From contig CAWHTI010000013.1 in NCBI GenBank assembly GCA_963832225.1, positions 8,136-72,135 on the forward strand: a DNA stretch of 64,000 nt. Reading direction: 5' to 3'. This document shows positions 18,887 to 28,413 of the stretch, in pieces. The translations under genes and the position numbers were made by a program. The first letter of the stretch is position 1; the number at the start of each line of letters is the position of its first letter. The notes under the pieces were generated by a model that was not told where the DNA came from, searched no databases, and worked only from the letters and a program-made list of their open reading frames with translations. This DNA comes from an uncultured Actinomycetes bacterium. Its GTDB lineage: Bacteria > Actinomycetota > UBA4738 > HRBIN12.

Positions 18887-21088
18887 TCAGAAACATGTCA
18901 GGTCGCCCGGATCGCGGATGCAGAACCGCTGGACCTGGGCGCGGGTCTGATCGATCTCCCCGCTCAGGTCCTCCGCCCAAGCTGCCACGAAGTACGAGTG
19001 GGGGTGGTCGTAGGTCGGGAACGTGTAGCTCCACGTGGTGGACGCCTGACCCGGATCGTCCAGGACGGCCTCGAGCTTGCGGTAGGTCGGGCTCCAGTCG
19101 GAGACCTCCCCGCCCTGTGCCGGGCAGCCGCCGGCCCCGCAGAAGTACTCGCCGTGCTCGCGGTTCTTCACGTACAGGAAGACCCGCTCGATCCCGCGGT
19201 TGGAGCCCGACGTGTCGGTGGCCGTCCCCGTGATCGTCACGGGGAAGGACTGGCGGGATCCGCCCGGGAACGTGAAGATCTGCTTGAACGTCGGCACGGA
19301 GATCGTCGTCTCCGGCGGGTTCCCGGAGCTCGAGACCGTGAAGTCCGCCTGCGCCACGCTGACGTCGTGCTGGCCGTCGGCGTCGATCGCCTCCGCCTGG
19401 GCGAAGTAGACGCCGCCCTGCGGCGGGAGCGGGACCGAGTACGTCCACGCGGTGGAGCCCGAACCCGGGTCGTCCAGCACCGCCTCGTTCTGCTGGAACA
19501 CCGACGACCAGCTCTGTGACGCCCCGTCCCACCACTTCGTCGAGTTGCGATCCTTGATCGCCACGAACACCTTCCGGACGCCGACGTCGTCGGAGGCCGA
19601 GCCGGCCAGGCTCAGGGACCCACCCGGGTTCGGCAGCGTCGAGCCGTCCGCGGGCTCCCTGAGGGTCGTCTGCGGCGGAGCGCTGGGCGCGCCGCCCCCA
19701 AGCCCGAAGGCGTAGAGGAAGGCGTCCGAGGAGGCGATGTAGACGCGCCCGGCCGACACGACGGGCGAGCCGTAGATGAAGCCGTCGGTCCGGTACGACC
19801 ACAGGTCGTTGCCGGTCTGCAGATCGAACGCGTACACCGTTCCGGCGAGGTCTCCCACGAACAGCACTCGCCGCTTCGCGGGCCCCGTCACGGCCGGCGA
19901 CGAGATGACCTCCATGGTGGAGATCCCCGCGCTCTGCTCCGTCTTCCAGATCTTGGCGCCCGTGGTGGCGTTCAGCGCGTACACGCCGGCGCCGTAGCCG
20001 ATGAATAGCTTGTTGCCCAGCAGCGAGGCGGTGGACCGGGTGGCCCCGCCGGCGCCCGGGCTGTCGTCGCGGATCGAGAACTGCCAGATCAGGTTGCCGG
20101 TCTTCAGGTTGATGGCGTACACGATGCGGTTCTTGCCGGCCACGTAGGCGACGCCGTTGGCGAACCCGTTCACCCCGGGAGCGGAGAGCGTGGGACCGGC
20201 GCCCACGTCGTTGTCCAGGGTGAAGGTCTGGGTCTCGTACCGCCAGATGCGCGCACCCGTCACCGCGTCCAGGCCGTAGACGGCGTTGTCGGGGCTGGAG
20301 CCGCCGACCGCGATGATGGCGCGACCGTCGCCGTCGGTCCCGAACGCCGGCGGCGACCACGATCCGGCGGCGGTCTCCGATCCGGGCGGGTCGCCGAAGC
20401 CGTCGAAGCTCCAGGACTCGGTGCAGTTGGTGAAGGAGTCGTTCGGGTCGACGCCGTGCACCGCCCAGATGTGACCGCCGTCGTCCGTGCCGGTGAGGCC
20501 GTTGTCGCCGAAGTAGACCGTCCGGCCCTGGGGACCGGCGCCGTCGGGGTCGACCACCACCGGCGAGGCGGCGATCGCGCCGCCGGTGAAGAACGTGCAC
20601 TGCAGCGCGCCCGTGGTCGCGTTCAGGGCGTACAGCTTGTAGTCGCTGGCTCCGAAGTAGACCGTGCCCTTGTAGACCGCGGGCGAGCTCTGCAGGTGCG
20701 CGGGCACCTTGTAGTACCAGAGGCGATCGCCGGTCGCCGCGTCGTACGCGGCGAACGTGCCGTCCTGGTTCGCGACGTAGACCAGCACCTTGTTGCGCGC
20801 GGCGTTGTACACCACGGCCGGCGACGTGAAGGCGGGCGATCCCGTGTTCGCCTGCCAGCGGAGCCCCAGGTCCGAGGCGTTCCCCGCGGTGATCGTGGTC
20901 TCGGTCGAGACGCCCTTGTGAGCGGGGTCGCGATGGAACATGGGCCAATCGACCTGACCGGCCGGACGCGCCGCGGCGGCGGGTGGCGCCGCGCCGGCAA
21001 CGACGACGAGACCCGCGATCAGCAGACCCGAAAGAGACAGGCGGACGGGCCGTGCGCGGCGGCGGGAACGGGGCTGCGGGCCGTTCAT
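18887..21088 (-). CDS. Secreted PQQ-type beta-propeller (BamB-like) with two C-terminal Ig-like domains
   Basis: DWPMFHRD, SSPAV, ALNATTGAxxW Trp-docking repeats; two PPxTT..GxAxD Ig modules. Confidence 0.8.
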   Translation of the reverse strand: MNGPQPRSRRRARPVRLSLSGLLIAGLVVVAGAAPPAAAARPAGQVDWPMFHRDPAHKGVSTETTITAGNASDLGLRWQANTGSPAFTSPAVVYNAARNKVLVYVANQDGTFAAYDAATGDRLWYYKVPAHLQSSPAVYKGTVYFGASDYKLYALNATTGALQCTFFTGGAIAASPVVVDPDGAGPQGRTVYFGDNGLTGTDDGGHIWAVHGVDPNDSFTNCTESWSFDGFGDPPGSETAAGSWSPPAFGTDGDGRAIIAVGGSSPDNAVYGLDAVTGARIWRYETQTFTLDNDVGAGPTLSAPGVNGFANGVAYVAGKNRIVYAINLKTGNLIWQFSIRDDSPGAGGATRSTASLLGNKLFIGYGAGVYALNATTGAKIWKTEQSAGISTMEVISSPAVTGPAKRRVLFVGDLAGTVYAFDLQTGNDLWSYRTDGFIYGSPVVSAGRVYIASSDAFLYAFGLGGGAPSAPPQTTLREPADGSTLPNPGGSLSLAGSASDDVGVRKVFVAIKDRNSTKWWDGASQSWSSVFQQNEAVLDDPGSGSTAWTYSVPLPPQGGVYFAQAEAIDADGQHDVSVAQADFTVSSSGNPPETTISVPTFKQIFTFPGGSRQSFPVTITGTATDTSGSNRGIERVFLYVKNREHGEYFCGAGGCPAQGGEVSDWSPTYRKLEAVLDDPGQASTTWSYTFPTYDHPHSYFVAAWAEDLSGEIDQTRAQVQRFCIRDPGDLTCF

Positions 21089-22020
21089 CCCTGGACACCC
21101 CGCCGGGAACCCGGAGGACCCTGCTCCGTCGCCTGCAGGTAGCCGTGCCGCTCCAGCGCCGGGGCAAGGGATGCCTCCAGCATCGCGACGTCATGGATCC
21201 CCAGGTCGCGCCGGTACGCATCGCGCCGCCCGGCGTCGAACCGGTAGCGGCGGAACCCCTGCTCGAACGCCGGCGTCCACGCGAGGCCCAGGTGGTCCAG
21301 TATCGCCCGCATGTGCTCGCGGGGCTCGGCGACGAAGTCCTCGTACCGGACCTCCAACCATCGGGCTTCGGGCACCAGCGCGCGGGCGGCCTCGAATGCG
21401 TCCATCAGCAGCTTCCACTCGAGCCCGGCGAGCACGGCGAACGAGCGACCGGACTCCTCCCACTCGCGCGCGTACGTCTCGGGCAATGGACCCCAGCCCC
21501 AGTGATCCGGGCCTCGGTAGCCCTGCCACCACGGCATCTGCAGGAACGAGTTGGCCACGGCGCGGCCGTCGCGCACCACGTTGATGAAGCGGGCCTCGGG
21601 AAAGATGCGCTGCACGAAGCCGGAGCGGGGCCAGCCGGTGAACTTGTGCAGGAAGAGCGGTCGGCCCTGGGCGGCGGCGCGCGTCTCGAAGAACGACCGG
21701 AAGCGACGCTCCAGCCACGGCGTGACGTCCTCGGCCAGGAGGTCGCGCAGCGGCGCGGAGATGGCCGGGGAGACCTCGCGATCGAGCGCCCGGTAGGCCT
21801 CGGACGGGGCGAAGCGGAGGCGTCCCTTCGTGGTGAACCGTTCCGGCACCCGCCGGTAGATGTCGTTGTTGAGGCGGCTCGGGAGTGCCGTGCGTGCCAG
21901 GCGGTCCTCGAGGTTGGACACGAACCCAACGTCCGGGTGCCGCGCGATGATCTCGTGCACCAGCGTGGAGCCGCACCGGCCGGTGCCCAGGACGAAGGCG
22001 AACTCAGCGTTCGAGCGCAT
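21085..22020 (-). CDS. Sulfotransferase
   Basis: VLGTGRCGST, HKFTG, NVVRDGRAVANS, EVRYEDFV motifs. Confidence 0.85.
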   Translation of the reverse strand: MRSNAEFAFVLGTGRCGSTLVHEIIARHPDVGFVSNLEDRLARTALPSRLNNDIYRRVPERFTTKGRLRFAPSEAYRALDREVSPAISAPLRDLLAEDVTPWLERRFRSFFETRAAAQGRPLFLHKFTGWPRSGFVQRIFPEARFINVVRDGRAVANSFLQMPWWQGYRGPDHWGWGPLPETYAREWEESGRSFAVLAGLEWKLLMDAFEAARALVPEARWLEVRYEDFVAEPREHMRAILDHLGLAWTPAFEQGFRRYRFDAGRRDAYRRDLGIHDVAMLEASLAPALERHGYLQATEQGPPGSRRGVQG

Positions 22021-22966
22021 AGCCGTGCTTCCTCAGCTCGTCGGATTGGATCTCGGTGATGGTACGGACGACGTCGTCGTCCAGCCTGGTCCGCCAGGCC
22101 TCGTTGCGGTCGGGGAAGCCGAGCGAGCGCACGGAGCGGTCCCAGGACCGGCTGGGCGCGAGGCCGGCGAAGTCCGCGAGCCGTTGGAGCGTGGGCACCG
22201 GCGCATCCAGGAACGACTCGTAGCTCAGCTCGAGGACCTGTCCGGGGGGAACCTGCGCGAGACCGGACTCCACCGCGCCCAGCTCTTCCACCCAGTTGCG
22301 AGCGCACATCGCCCACGGGTCCCTGCCCTCGGCCGCCCACCTCCCCGGCGTGTCCCCGTACCACCACACGATCGAGTCCGCCCACCAGTTCACCCTCGAC
22401 AGGGACAGCGCGACCGCGCGACCGTCGCGGACGAGCGAGATGAACCGGGCGTCGGGGAACGCTCGCAGGAGCAGCGGAATCCGCCGGTTGTTGGCTATCC
22501 GCTTGTTCACGAAGACCGGCGCGCCCGCCGCACGTCGGACCGCATCGATGGCCGTGCGCAGGTTCGCGGCCGCGAGATCGAGGGCCTCCGGCGTGAGCCT
22601 GTCGAACTGCGGAATGCCGGCGGCGGCGTAGACGGGCTCGCCCTCGTGCGGCATCGGGAAGAGCCGGTCGCGGATCGCGCGAGGTCGACCGTACACGTAC
22701 GCGTTGCTGCCGTCGGCTCCGAACCAGACCCGGCGGCGCGCGTGCGGCGCGTGCGGCGTGACACGGTTCAGGACGGCCGCCGGGGTCGCCGCGGGAACCC
22801 GGGCGAGCCAGTTGGAGATCCACGCCGACTCCGGGTGCATGCAGAGCAGCTTGTAGAGCATGCTCGTCCCCGACCGAGCCGGCCCGACCAGGAAGACCGG
22901 GGGCGGCGTGGGCGAACGATGGACGGCGTCGGGACGGGTCCGCTCACGGACCTGCACACGCACCAA
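22004..22966 (-). CDS. Sulfotransferase
   Basis: LVGPARSGTS, VNKRI, LVRDGRAVALS, LSYESFL motifs. Confidence 0.85.
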   Translation of the reverse strand: MVRVQVRERTRPDAVHRSPTPPPVFLVGPARSGTSMLYKLLCMHPESAWISNWLARVPAATPAAVLNRVTPHAPHARRRVWFGADGSNAYVYGRPRAIRDRLFPMPHEGEPVYAAAGIPQFDRLTPEALDLAAANLRTAIDAVRRAAGAPVFVNKRIANNRRIPLLLRAFPDARFISLVRDGRAVALSLSRVNWWADSIVWWYGDTPGRWAAEGRDPWAMCARNWVEELGAVESGLAQVPPGQVLELSYESFLDAPVPTLQRLADFAGLAPSRSWDRSVRSLGFPDRNEAWRTRLDDDVVRTITEIQSDELRKHGYALER

Positions 22967-22967
22967 C

Positions 22968-23760
22968 TCAGTACGCCCCGCGGCCGGAGAACACGGCGGC
23001 GACCGTGCGCGCCAGCAGGCGGGCGTCGAGGCGGAGGGACCAGGTCTCGATGTAGGCGATGTCCATGTCGACCCAGGTCTCGAAGTCGACGTCGGACCGA
23101 CCGCTCACCTGCCAGATGCAGGTGACGCCGGGCTTGACCTCGAGCCGACGCTGCTCGCGCGGGCCGTAGTGCAGGAACTCCTCCGGCAGCGGCGGACGTG
23201 GTCCCACCACGCTCATGTCGCCGCGCAGCACGTTCCACAGCTGGGGCAGCTCGTCGATGGACCAGCGGCGCAGCAGCCGGCCGACGCCCGTGACGCGCGG
23301 ATCGTCGCGGATCTTGAACACCGGACCGGAGTCGTGGATGTTCAGGTGCCCGTGATGTCCGCGGGTGCCGTGCGCCCCGTGGACCATCGAACGGAACTTC
23401 ATCATGCGGAACGGCCGGCCGCCCCGGCCGACCCGCTCGGAGACGTAGAACACCGGCCCGGGCGACGAGACCTTCACGGCAACCGCGGCCGAGAACAACA
23501 GCGGCGACAGCAGGAGGAGCCCCGTCAGGCTGCCGACGATGTCCACCGCGCGCTTGCAGGCCATCTGCCACCGGCGGGCCGCGAGCAGACCCCGGCGGGC
23601 GCGAACGACGTGCCAGCTTGCGCTCGCGGAGATCGATCACGGCGTCGGCGTGGCTGAGGTCGACGATCGCCTCGAACGCCTGGGGGTCCAGGCGTACCTC
23701 CGGGTCCATCTGGGCGACGTCCTTTCGCTCGGGGGCAGCTGCCGCCGTGGCGGGTTGCAT
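22968..23760 (-). CDS. Priming sugar (phosphoglycosyl) transferase, Bac_transf/WcaJ C-terminal type (frameshift ~23600; start 23760 or 23709)
   Basis: KRAVDI, KFRSM, DDPRVTGVGRLLRRWSIDELPQLWNVLRGDMSVVGPRP, KPGVT, W SLRLD motifs. Confidence 0.9.
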
Positions 23761-23993
23761 CCATCGGCCGGGCCGTCCCACTCGGCGCCCGGAGAACGGG
23801 GCGCGACCATCTGCGCTCGAACGCCTCCCCCGACCGGCGTGATCCCTGCCGGTGGAGCGGAGGCTTCCAGACCTAGGGGGGGTACGGCTCGCACGCTCAT
23901 TGTGAGGCTACACGGGGACGGTAATCTTCCCCCATTCTGAGGGAATCTAGCTAGGCCGTCGTTCCTAGGCAGTATGCCGTAGCAGCGTCTGGT

Positions 23994-24986
23994 CTACCCG
24001 GCCTGGCCGGACGTACGCCTGGCGCCGGGCTCGACCGGCAGGCCGGCCTCGCGACGGATGCGGTCCAGCGGCGAGGGACGCAGGAACTCCATCAGGATGA
24101 TCACGCCGATGGCGAGCAGGAGACCGAAGGCGCCGGCGAAGAGCACCCGCCGCACGATGAAGGTGAGCCGGCTGGTGGGGCGGGCAGGGCTGGCCTCGAT
24201 CCGGTCGTTCTCCTCCGCCTGCCGCACGATGCCCTGGGACTGGAAGAGCTCGTTGCTCATGAACCGCCGCGCCGCGATCGCGTCGTCCAGCTTGGCCTGC
24301 GCCGACTGGTACTGGTCCTGACGTTCTGTGAACTGTGTGGTCAGCTCGTCGAGCTTCCGCTGCGCCGCCGCCTCCTGCGGCGTTCCCTGGGCCGCACCCA
24401 GCTCATCCAGCGCGTTCGTCAGGCGCCGCTCGGCGGTCGCCTCGAACAGGTTGAAGTTGACGATCCTCGTTTCCTGGGCGGCGGCCAGCCACTGCTCCTC
24501 AGCCGCCTGGTAGGCCTCGTCGGCGGCGTCGTACTGCGCCTGGATGACGTCGAGCTGGATCTGGGCGATCTGCGTCAGCGCGAGGCTCGACGCGGTCTGC
24601 GCGACCTCGCCGGCGCGCTCCGCGTTCGTCCCCGTGTACGTGACCTCGACGACGCCGCTCGTCCCCTCGCGCCTGGTGGCGATGCCGGCGCCGATCGCGC
24701 TCTTGGGCTCGCCGGTGGCCTCGAACGTCGCCTGGGCCACGCTGTCGGAGGTGATGGCGCCCTCGAAGTCCGCGACGAACTGCGAGACGGCGCTGGACAG
24801 CGGCCCGCTCGTCTCCTGATCGGGCAGGATCACGGTGGCCGTCGCCCGGTAGGTCTGCGGCTCCAGGATCGCGAGGACCCCGGCGATGAGCATGGCCGCC
24901 ACCGGGATCACGATGAGCAGGCTCAGCCTGCGGCCCATGACGCGGGTCCAGTCTCGAATCTCGACGCCGTTGGGCTTCACGTGCAC
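23994..24986 (-). CDS. Wzz/Wzc-N-like polysaccharide co-polymerase / chain-length regulator
   Basis: N-terminal TM, PQTYRATATVIL motif, coiled-coil periplasmic region, Pro-rich stretch before a C-terminal TM. Confidence 0.75.
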   Translation of the reverse strand: MHVKPNGVEIRDWTRVMGRRLSLLIVIPVAAMLIAGVLAILEPQTYRATATVILPDQETSGPLSSAVSQFVADFEGAITSDSVAQATFEATGEPKSAIGAGIATRREGTSGVVEVTYTGTNAERAGEVAQTASSLALTQIAQIQLDVIQAQYDAADEAYQAAEEQWLAAAQETRIVNFNLFEATAERRLTNALDELGAAQGTPQEAAAQRKLDELTTQFTERQDQYQSAQAKLDDAIAARRFMSNELFQSQGIVRQAEENDRIEASPARPTSRLTFIVRRVLFAGAFGLLLAIGVIILMEFLRPSPLDRIRREAGLPVEPGARRTSGQAG

Positions 24987-25209
24987 GCTGGGACCTCGCT
25001 GATCCGTTCGAGGGGGGATGCCTCATGGTACCTGGGCCGGTTCGCTCCACGCATCCTCCCGACCGGCGGCATGTGTGGCCTTCCTGTGGCCTAGGTCCGG
25101 CGCCGCCATCTCCGACCGCGCGGAGGATGCGGGCGGGCGCGGCGACTCCGTACGCTGCGGGACGGATCGGCCGACCCCCATTGCACCCTCTGAAGCCCTC
25201 GACCCCCGA

Positions 25210-25242
25210 AACCCCCCAGGAACCCCCCAGGAACCCCCCAGG
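25210..25242 (+). repeat. 3 x 11-bp tandem repeat AACCCCCCAGG abutting the RBS of the RTX gene
   Basis: Units at 25210, 25221 and 25232; the last runs into AGGAGGA upstream of ATG 25254. Confidence 0.85.
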
Positions 25243-25253
25243 AGGACACCCCG

Positions 25254-25907
25254 ATGACGTTGAAGCGCCTCGTCCCCGCGAGCCTCGTCGCCGCCATGGC
25301 GATCGCCGGCTTCGCCACCGGTTCCGCCACGGCCGATGCCGGCTCCATGGAACGCCGTCCGCAGGCCTGCACGATCGAGGGCACGTCCGGCGACGACATC
25401 CTCACCGGCACCCCGGGCGCCGACGTGATCTGCGGAGGGCGCGGCAACGACACGATCCACGCGGAGAACGGCAACGACATCGTCTACGGCGGCCGGGGCA
25501 ACGACGTGATCTTCGGTGGCAAGGGCGAGGATCGCCTCTACGGCAACGGGAACGACGACACCCTGACGGGCGACGAGGGCCCGGACGCCTTGGTGGGCAA
25601 GCGCGGCAACGATACGCTTCGCGGGAGCACCGGCGCCGACACCCTGAAGGGCGGCGGCGGCAACGACTTCGCGCGCGGCGGCGACCAGGCCGACATGATC
25701 GACGGCGGCAAGGGTGACGACGACCTCGCGGGCAGCGGCGACAACGACGTGATGACGGGCGGCGCGGGAGCGGACATGATCGCGGGATGGGCGGGCGACG
25801 ACACGCTGCACGGCACCGACGCCGTCGAGGCCAACGACCAGCTCAAGGGCTCGGGCGGGACCGACACCTGCGACGCGGACGCAGGCGACACCGTCACGGG
25901 TTGCTGA
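25254..25907 (+). CDS. Secreted RTX/hemolysin-type calcium-binding repeat protein
   Basis: Signal peptide; over 10 GGxGxDxL nonapeptides; Cys-containing N- and C-caps. Confidence 0.9.
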   Translation: MTLKRLVPASLVAAMAIAGFATGSATADAGSMERRPQACTIEGTSGDDILTGTPGADVICGGRGNDTIHAENGNDIVYGGRGNDVIFGGKGEDRLYGNGNDDTLTGDEGPDALVGKRGNDTLRGSTGADTLKGGGGNDFARGGDQADMIDGGKGDDDLAGSGDNDVMTGGAGADMIAGWAGDDTLHGTDAVEANDQLKGSGGTDTCDADAGDTVTGC

Positions 25908-25922
25908 GTCCGTAGGAGGCGC

Positions 25923-26825
25923 GTGACGGGGGTCGTCTTCGGCTACGAGGTCGGTTCCCCGCTGGCTTCGACCTACCTGCGGGCCGGACGCGGCGACCCG
26001 ATCGCGATCGACGAGGTCGACCCGGGGCCGGAGCCCGACGTCGAGCCCGTCCTCGAGTGGCGGCCGCGCCCCGACACCCCGTTCCAGGCGCGGCTCCACG
26101 GGGACCCGGACAGGTACGGCGTGTGGATCGACGGGATGGGCGGTTTCGGCGTCGAGCCGGACGTCCCCCGCATCACGGTGCCGCCCTCCGCCGACACGGT
26201 TCGGCGCGAGGAGCGGCTCTGGGGCGTCCCGGCCGCACTGTGCTTCTCGCGCCGGGGCGACCTGCCGCTGCACGCCGCGGCGATCGACGTCGGGGGCCGA
26301 GCGCTCGTGTTCTGCGGGCCCGGCCGGTTCGGCAAGACCACGCTCGCGACGGCGTTCCTGCGGGCCGGGCACCGGGTGCTCTCGGAGGACCTCGTCTGTG
26401 TGCGTCAGACCGAGGGCGGGCCGGCGGTGCTTCCCGGCCCGGCGATGCTCCGGGTTCGGCCGGATGTCGCGGAACGCCTCGGGCCGATCCACGGCACCCG
26501 GGTGGTGCTGCTCGACGGGGAGCGCGTGCACCTGGCGATGGAGGACGGTCTGCGAGGCAGCGGCGACCCGGTGCCGCTCGCCGGCATCATCATCCTGAAG
26601 CGCGGCCTCCCCGAGATCACGCTCTACCGGGTCGAGCCCGAGCGATTCCTGCCCGAGCTCTTCTCGGTGAGCTTCAACCTGCCGTCGGACATCGAGCGCG
26701 CCCGGTCCTTCGGTGGCGTGGTCGACCTGGCCGGCTCGACGCCCCTGTGGCTCCTGGATCGTCCGCTGGAGTTCGCTACGCTTGACGAGGTGCTCGACAC
26801 GGTGACCGGCACATGTCTGTCATGA
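25923..26825 (+). CDS. HPr kinase-like serine kinase (lasso peptide kinase type)
   Basis: LPLHAAAI, Walker A GPGRFGKTT, LSEDL motifs; operon with B2 and nucleotidyltransferase. Confidence 0.8.
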   Translation: MTGVVFGYEVGSPLASTYLRAGRGDPIAIDEVDPGPEPDVEPVLEWRPRPDTPFQARLHGDPDRYGVWIDGMGGFGVEPDVPRITVPPSADTVRREERLWGVPAALCFSRRGDLPLHAAAIDVGGRALVFCGPGRFGKTTLATAFLRAGHRVLSEDLVCVRQTEGGPAVLPGPAMLRVRPDVAERLGPIHGTRVVLLDGERVHLAMEDGLRGSGDPVPLAGIIILKRGLPEITLYRVEPERFLPELFSVSFNLPSDIERARSFGGVVDLAGSTPLWLLDRPLEFATLDEVLDTVTGTCLS

Positions 26826-27226
26826 CCCGCGACCGGGTCTCCGTGATGCACAAGGTCGGGCTGGTGCTGCGCACATGGTTCTGGTTCGCGACCGCCTGGA
26901 CCCGTCTGCGACGCCGGCCGATCCCGGTCGTGGTCGCGGGACTGGCCGTCATGGATCGGCCCGCAGCTCGGCCGGTGGCTCCTCGCCGGCTCGGCCGGAT
27001 CGTGGCACGCTCGCTGTCGGTCGGACCCTTCCGCGTCCGGTGCCTGTTCACGTCGATCGTCCTGTTCCGGCTGCTCCGAGCCCAGGGCGACGAGGCGCAG
27101 CTCGTGATCGGCCTCCCGCTCGAACCCCGGGACAAGGACGCCCACGCGTGGGTCGAGCTCGCGGGCCGAGACGTCGGGCCGCCGCCGGGTCGCGGGCGGC
27201 ACGTCGAGCTCGCGAGGTACGGGTGA
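26813..27226 (+). CDS. Lasso peptide biosynthesis B2 protein (leader peptidase, transglutaminase-like)
   Basis: RCLFTS (catalytic Cys), LVIG, DAHAWVE (His) motifs; 137 aa. Confidence 0.9.
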   Translation: MSVMTRDRVSVMHKVGLVLRTWFWFATAWTRLRRRPIPVVVAGLAVMDRPAARPVAPRRLGRIVARSLSVGPFRVRCLFTSIVLFRLLRAQGDEAQLVIGLPLEPRDKDAHAWVELAGRDVGPPPGRGRHVELARYG

Positions 27227-28392
27227 ACGCCGACCCGGTCATCGCGGCGGCACTCGTGGCCTCGGCGCGCGAGCACGACGACCCGCCGGCCGAGGTCCAG
27301 CGGGCGGTCGACCTCGACCGCGTCGAGGCGCTGCTGCGGCTCGCGAAGTTCCACCGGATGATCCCGTTCGTGCACCGGGATCTCCGCAGACTCGAGGGCG
27401 TGGACGGCCGGACGATGCAGATGCTCGATCGCTACGAGGTGACGCAGACGGCGAACCAGATGCGGATCGTCACCGATCTGGCGGGCCTGGCGGAGACGCT
27501 CGCGCCGCTGGACGTGCCCTGGTTGACGTTCAAGGGGCCGGTCGCGGCGCAGCTCCTCTACGACCGGCCGGAGCTCCGGACCTATCGCGATCTCGACGTG
27601 CTCGTGCCGCGGGCCGACTTCACGCGCACCCTGTCGTTCCTCCGCGGGACCGGCCTGGAGGTGCTCGACCGCAACTGGACGCTGATCAGCCGCGAGCAGC
27701 GGGGGCAGCTACACCTCACCCTCCCCCTCGGCACGGTCGCCGACATCCATTGGCATCTGCTGAACCGCGGGGTGGTGCGGCACGCCTTCGACGTGGACAC
27801 GGATGGGCTGCTGCGACGGGCCCGGACCGTGACGGTGAGCGGGGTCGCGGCCGGCACGCTGTCGCCGGCCGACACCCTGGTGCACCTGGCCCTGCACGCC
27901 GCGCTCGCCGGCGGCGATCGATTGATCTGGTTGAAGGACATCGAGCGGTCCCTCGCGGTGGAGGAGCCGGACTGGGAGGAGGTCGTCGAACGAGCGCTGT
28001 CGTGGCGATCGGGGGCCGCCACCGCGGTGATGCTGCGACGCGCCTCGGAGGTCCTGGGGGCCGGGATCCCCCTGTGGGTACTGCGCGACCTCGACCCCTC
28101 GGGCGTCCGGCGCCGCGTGACGGAGGCCTTCGACCGGCGGTGGCCGGCCGGCGCCGCGACCGGCGAGCTGACGCCGGCCGCGCTGTGGCCCCAGGTGGTT
28201 CGCGACGGACGGCTCGCCACGATCGGGTCCGTCCTCCAGCGCTCGGTCCGCCGTCCGGCCGGCGCGCTCCGACAGCTGCTCGGCGAGCCGGGCGGCGGCG
28301 GCCGCGACCACGAGCCCGCGGCGGTGCTCCATCCCTCCGGCGGGGACGGCATGCGCGACCGGTACCTCCGAGAGGTGGACGACGGCGCCTGA
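27223..28392 (+). CDS. Nucleotidyltransferase family protein (NTP_transf_5 type, lasso-associated)
   Basis: GTG start overlapping the B2 stop; LTFKGP, RTYRDLDVLV, DIHWHL, LIWLKD motifs. Confidence 0.85.
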   Translation: MNADPVIAAALVASAREHDDPPAEVQRAVDLDRVEALLRLAKFHRMIPFVHRDLRRLEGVDGRTMQMLDRYEVTQTANQMRIVTDLAGLAETLAPLDVPWLTFKGPVAAQLLYDRPELRTYRDLDVLVPRADFTRTLSFLRGTGLEVLDRNWTLISREQRGQLHLTLPLGTVADIHWHLLNRGVVRHAFDVDTDGLLRRARTVTVSGVAAGTLSPADTLVHLALHAALAGGDRLIWLKDIERSLAVEEPDWEEVVERALSWRSGAATAVMLRRASEVLGAGIPLWVLRDLDPSGVRRRVTEAFDRRWPAGAATGELTPAALWPQVVRDGRLATIGSVLQRSVRRPAGALRQLLGEPGGGGRDHEPAAVLHPSGGDGMRDRYLREVDDGA

Positions 28393-28413
28393 AGCTGCCC
28401 GGCACCCGGTCTT

